DNA from: a bacterium | GTDB lineage: Bacteria > Patescibacteriota > Minisyncoccia > UBA6257 > Colwellbacteraceae | Length of the DNA stretch: 35,788 nt | NCBI GenBank assembly: GCA_043808035.1 | Contig: JAZDFH010000054.1 | Span: 1 to 35,788, forward strand | Reading direction: 5' to 3' | Shown here: positions 33,608 to 35,788 of the stretch, piece after piece | Layout of the letters: each line of letters begins with the position of its first letter | Numbering within the stretch: position 1 is the first letter of the stretch | The notes under the pieces: generated by a model | Seen by the model: the letters and a program-made list of their open reading frames with translations, nothing else | Database searches by the model: none | What the model was told of the DNA's origin: nothing | Made by a program: the position numbers and the translations under genes

Positions 33608-35251
33608 ATGTATACATCTCATTCTTCAAAAGATCAAGCTTCTGCAGAATTAGTTTCAAAAAATTCTTTTTTCCGTACAGTTATCTTGCTTATTATTATT
33701 GCTATTTTAGTTGGTATTTTTGTTTTTCTAAAGACACCAACATTACAACGTTTAGGTCGAAAACATGATACTCAACGGTGGGCTGACGTTAATATTGTTT
33801 TGAATACCTTTTATGCGTATTTTCTTGAGCATAAATTTTTCCCACCCAATGTAGATGACAACTTACGTATTATCGGTACAGCGTATGATGGTTGCAGTGT
33901 TATATGTGGTGGTAAAGAAGGTACTCCTCTGGAATTAATTCATAGTGGTACGGGGTTTGATAATGGAATATATCAAAATATTGTATATAACAAGAGCAGT
34001 AATGCTTTGGTGCTGGAAGATTCGGAAAAACCTGGAGTATACACATCTCCGATTGTTGATGCAGATCTTGTCTCGACATGGGATTTTTTAGGATGGACTC
34101 CGTATGCTCCTTATGGGAAAGAGTTACTTGACGAAGGAGTTAAAGAAGATGGATATATCGAAGGGGATGTTGATATGGACAAAACAGTAACACTTTTTCA
34201 TTTTAATGATCTAATCGGGTCTACGATTTTTTATGACTCTTCAGGAAGTTACTTAGACGGTTTATGTCTCGGATCAATGTGCCCGACAGGAGGCGCAGAA
34301 GGGGTTTTTCACGGAGCAGTTTTATTCGACGGTGGTGATCTTCTCGCTGTTCCTCATGATGAGCGGTTTAATGCTATCCAAGGGTTTACTTTTTCAATGT
34401 GGGTGCTACCATATTCATTCCCTCGTTATGCGCCGATAATGTTGAAAACAAGTGATGATTCTTTTAATGATGGATATGGTATGTATTATGATGGCGATAC
34501 TAATGATTTGTGTGTATTTGTATCTGGAAATTCTTTATCAGTCGTGTGTAGCCCTTTTTCTCGTCGTGGTGCATTTTCACAGATAGGTGGAACGTATGAT
34601 GGGCATAAATTGTCACTTTATATAAACGGAGAGGAACGGGGAAGTACTGTCGTTGACGGTAATTTTAAGGCAAATGATATGCCGCTTTTAATTGGAGGAG
34701 GGGATAATACTACTGGCTGGCATGGGTTGATAGACGAATTTGTTTTTTTTAATAAGGCAATTACTGCTCGCGAGATGGAATCAATATATACAAGAGGTGT
34801 TATGACAGTAAAATATCAAGTTCGTTCATGTACCAATAATTCATGTAGCGAGGTGCAATTTGTAGGGGCTGACAATAGAACGGATACGTATTTTTCAGAA
34901 AGTGACAATAAGAATCCATCTTTTTCCCAAAGACGGTTATTCGTCCTATCAGATAGTAGATATTTTCAATATAGAGTATATTTTGAAACCACTGATAAAC
35001 GATTTTCCCCTCGAGTTGGTGCTATACAAATAGGATATGGTTATGGTGGAGTGAATGGTGAACAAACTGCCGAACAGTGTGTAAATTTGTCGCCGTTTTT
35101 AGAAGGAAAATTTATAGACAAATTACCGATTGATCCTAATACAGGAACAGTGCACAGAACACAGTATGCTATAAAAAAAACTACGAGTGGGCGTATCTAT
35201 GTTGAAGCGTGTTACCCGGAAGGAGATACTACTATCAGGGTAGTGAAGTAA
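33608..35251 (+). CDS. Pilin-paralogous membrane-anchored protein with inserted LamG domain
   Basis: - N-terminal hydrophobic helix FFRTVILLIIIAILVGIFVFL, without Gly-1 or Glu+5
- RKHDTQRWADVNIVLNTFYAYF and LRIIGTAYDGCSVICGG, which parallel the short pilin at 35312
- LamG_3-like segment at ~34186-34795 (FTFSMWV...IGGTYDGHKLSLYINGE...GLIDEFVFFNKAIT)
- C-terminal pilin-like end ...KLPIDPNTG...RIYVEAC. Confidence 0.8.
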   Translation: MYTSHSSKDQASAELVSKNSFFRTVILLIIIAILVGIFVFLKTPTLQRLGRKHDTQRWADVNIVLNTFYAYFLEHKFFPPNVDDNLRIIGTAYDGCSVICGGKEGTPLELIHSGTGFDNGIYQNIVYNKSSNALVLEDSEKPGVYTSPIVDADLVSTWDFLGWTPYAPYGKELLDEGVKEDGYIEGDVDMDKTVTLFHFNDLIGSTIFYDSSGSYLDGLCLGSMCPTGGAEGVFHGAVLFDGGDLLAVPHDERFNAIQGFTFSMWVLPYSFPRYAPIMLKTSDDSFNDGYGMYYDGDTNDLCVFVSGNSLSVVCSPFSRRGAFSQIGGTYDGHKLSLYINGEERGSTVVDGNFKANDMPLLIGGGDNTTGWHGLIDEFVFFNKAITAREMESIYTRGVMTVKYQVRSCTNNSCSEVQFVGADNRTDTYFSESDNKNPSFSQRRLFVLSDSRYFQYRVYFETTDKRFSPRVGAIQIGYGYGGVNGEQTAEQCVNLSPFLEGKFIDKLPIDPNTGTVHRTQYAIKKTTSGRIYVEACYPEGDTTIRVVK

Positions 35252-35311
35252 TTCTAATTTCTTTTTATTTACTGTATTATTATATGTAACAAATAATGAT
35301 TTTTTATCGAT

Positions 35312-35668
35312 ATGTTTGGATATACACGTTTTAAAAAAAACATTGGAAATAATAGAAAAAAATTTTTTCGCAAAAAGGAAGGTTTTACCTTACTCGAAAT
35401 TCTTTTAGTAGTAACCGCTATTTCCATTCTTGCGAGTGTGGCCATTATGGCGATTAATCCCGCTTATCAATTAAAAAAGGTGCGGGATTCGCAGAGGGTG
35501 GCTGATATTCAAACACTTGCGAATGCCATTTATCAATATGCGGTTGATAATGGTGATATCCCTTCTTCAATTGACACGATATTGCGTATTTTAGGAACCG
35601 ATACAAACGGATGTAACGTAAACTGTGGTGGTGTCGCAGGAGATGTCACAGTATTTTCCAGTCCGTAA
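35312..35668 (+). CDS. Short type IV pilin (candidate major subunit)
   Basis: 24-aa basic leader MFGYTRFKKNIGNNRKKFFRKKEG|FTLLEILLVVTAISILASVAIMA (Gly-1, Glu+5). Then VRDSQRVADIQTLANAIYQY and CNVNCGG. The mature length is ~94 aa. Confidence 0.8.
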   Translation: MFGYTRFKKNIGNNRKKFFRKKEGFTLLEILLVVTAISILASVAIMAINPAYQLKKVRDSQRVADIQTLANAIYQYAVDNGDIPSSIDTILRILGTDTNGCNVNCGGVAGDVTVFSSP

Positions 35669-35692
35669 AGTAGCCTGAAACAAATTCTCATA

Positions 35693-35788
35693 TCATGAGC
35701 TGTTTGTAATATTTTGGAAGAGTTTATTTCGAGCCTCATATGTTTTTTTCGCAGCATCAATATGAGATTCTTGCATTACTCTTCTTTC
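35693..35788 (-). CDS. Possible 3' end of a minus-strand gene running off the window
   Basis: The reverse strand is open from the window edge (...ERRVMQESHIDAAKKTYEARNKLFQNITNSS) to a stop whose plus-strand complement is 35693-35695. At 31 codons it is too short to identify or to exclude chance. Confidence 0.2.
   Translation of the reverse strand, partial: ERRVMQESHIDAAKKTYEARNKLFQNITNSS

Noticed and set aside
1-35788. UGA (or other stop codon) reassignment
   Set aside because: Conserved genes terminate at their expected lengths on TGA (cysS, dnaB), TAA and TAG. No conserved protein is interrupted by in-frame stops.

Overview
AT-rich, very gene-dense bacterial chromosome segment. It uses the standard genetic code: long ORFs end at UGA, UAA and UAG, so there is no sign of UGA recoding. 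About 35 genes lie on the plus strand. I could support only one complete minus-strand gene, plus a possible fragment at the 3' edge. Many neighbouring genes overlap by 4-14 nt.

The first ~23 kb is mostly housekeeping:
- rplU, cysS, dnaB, recR
- grpE-dnaK-(unknown membrane ORF)-dnaJ
- tRNA-Lys(UUU), an alpha/beta hydrolase, secD-secF
- a sigma-70-region-4/HARE-HTH protein
- an anchored membrane protein paired with a TM-less TraD/VirD4-like ATPase
- efp, mnmA
- comEC, split into two overlapping ORFs at a T6G4 run
- aspS of bacterial type but lacking the GAD insertion
- a long-form ndk, a YfbR-like HD hydrolase, and a minus-strand DUF389-like membrane protein

From ~23.4 kb to the window end is a type IV pilus (T4P) locus:
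- two orphan CheY-like receivers
- pilB
- pilC carrying a C-terminal SH3b-like domain
- a GspH/FimU-like minor pilin
- a 1537-aa PilV/GspI-like prepilin carrying two LamG lectin domains and several repeated modules
- GspJ/PilW-like and GspK/PilX-like minor pilins
- a 547-aa pilin paralogue with a LamG insertion and a degenerate signal peptide
- a short pilin

I saw no CRISPR array, rRNA, transposase, integrase or reverse transcriptase. Gene content and genome style suggest a Patescibacteria/CPR-like organism; this is inference, not proven from the sequence.

The most interesting candidates are the lectin-decorated pilus tip system and the sigma-r4/HARE-HTH + membrane protein + coupling-protein-like ATPase module.
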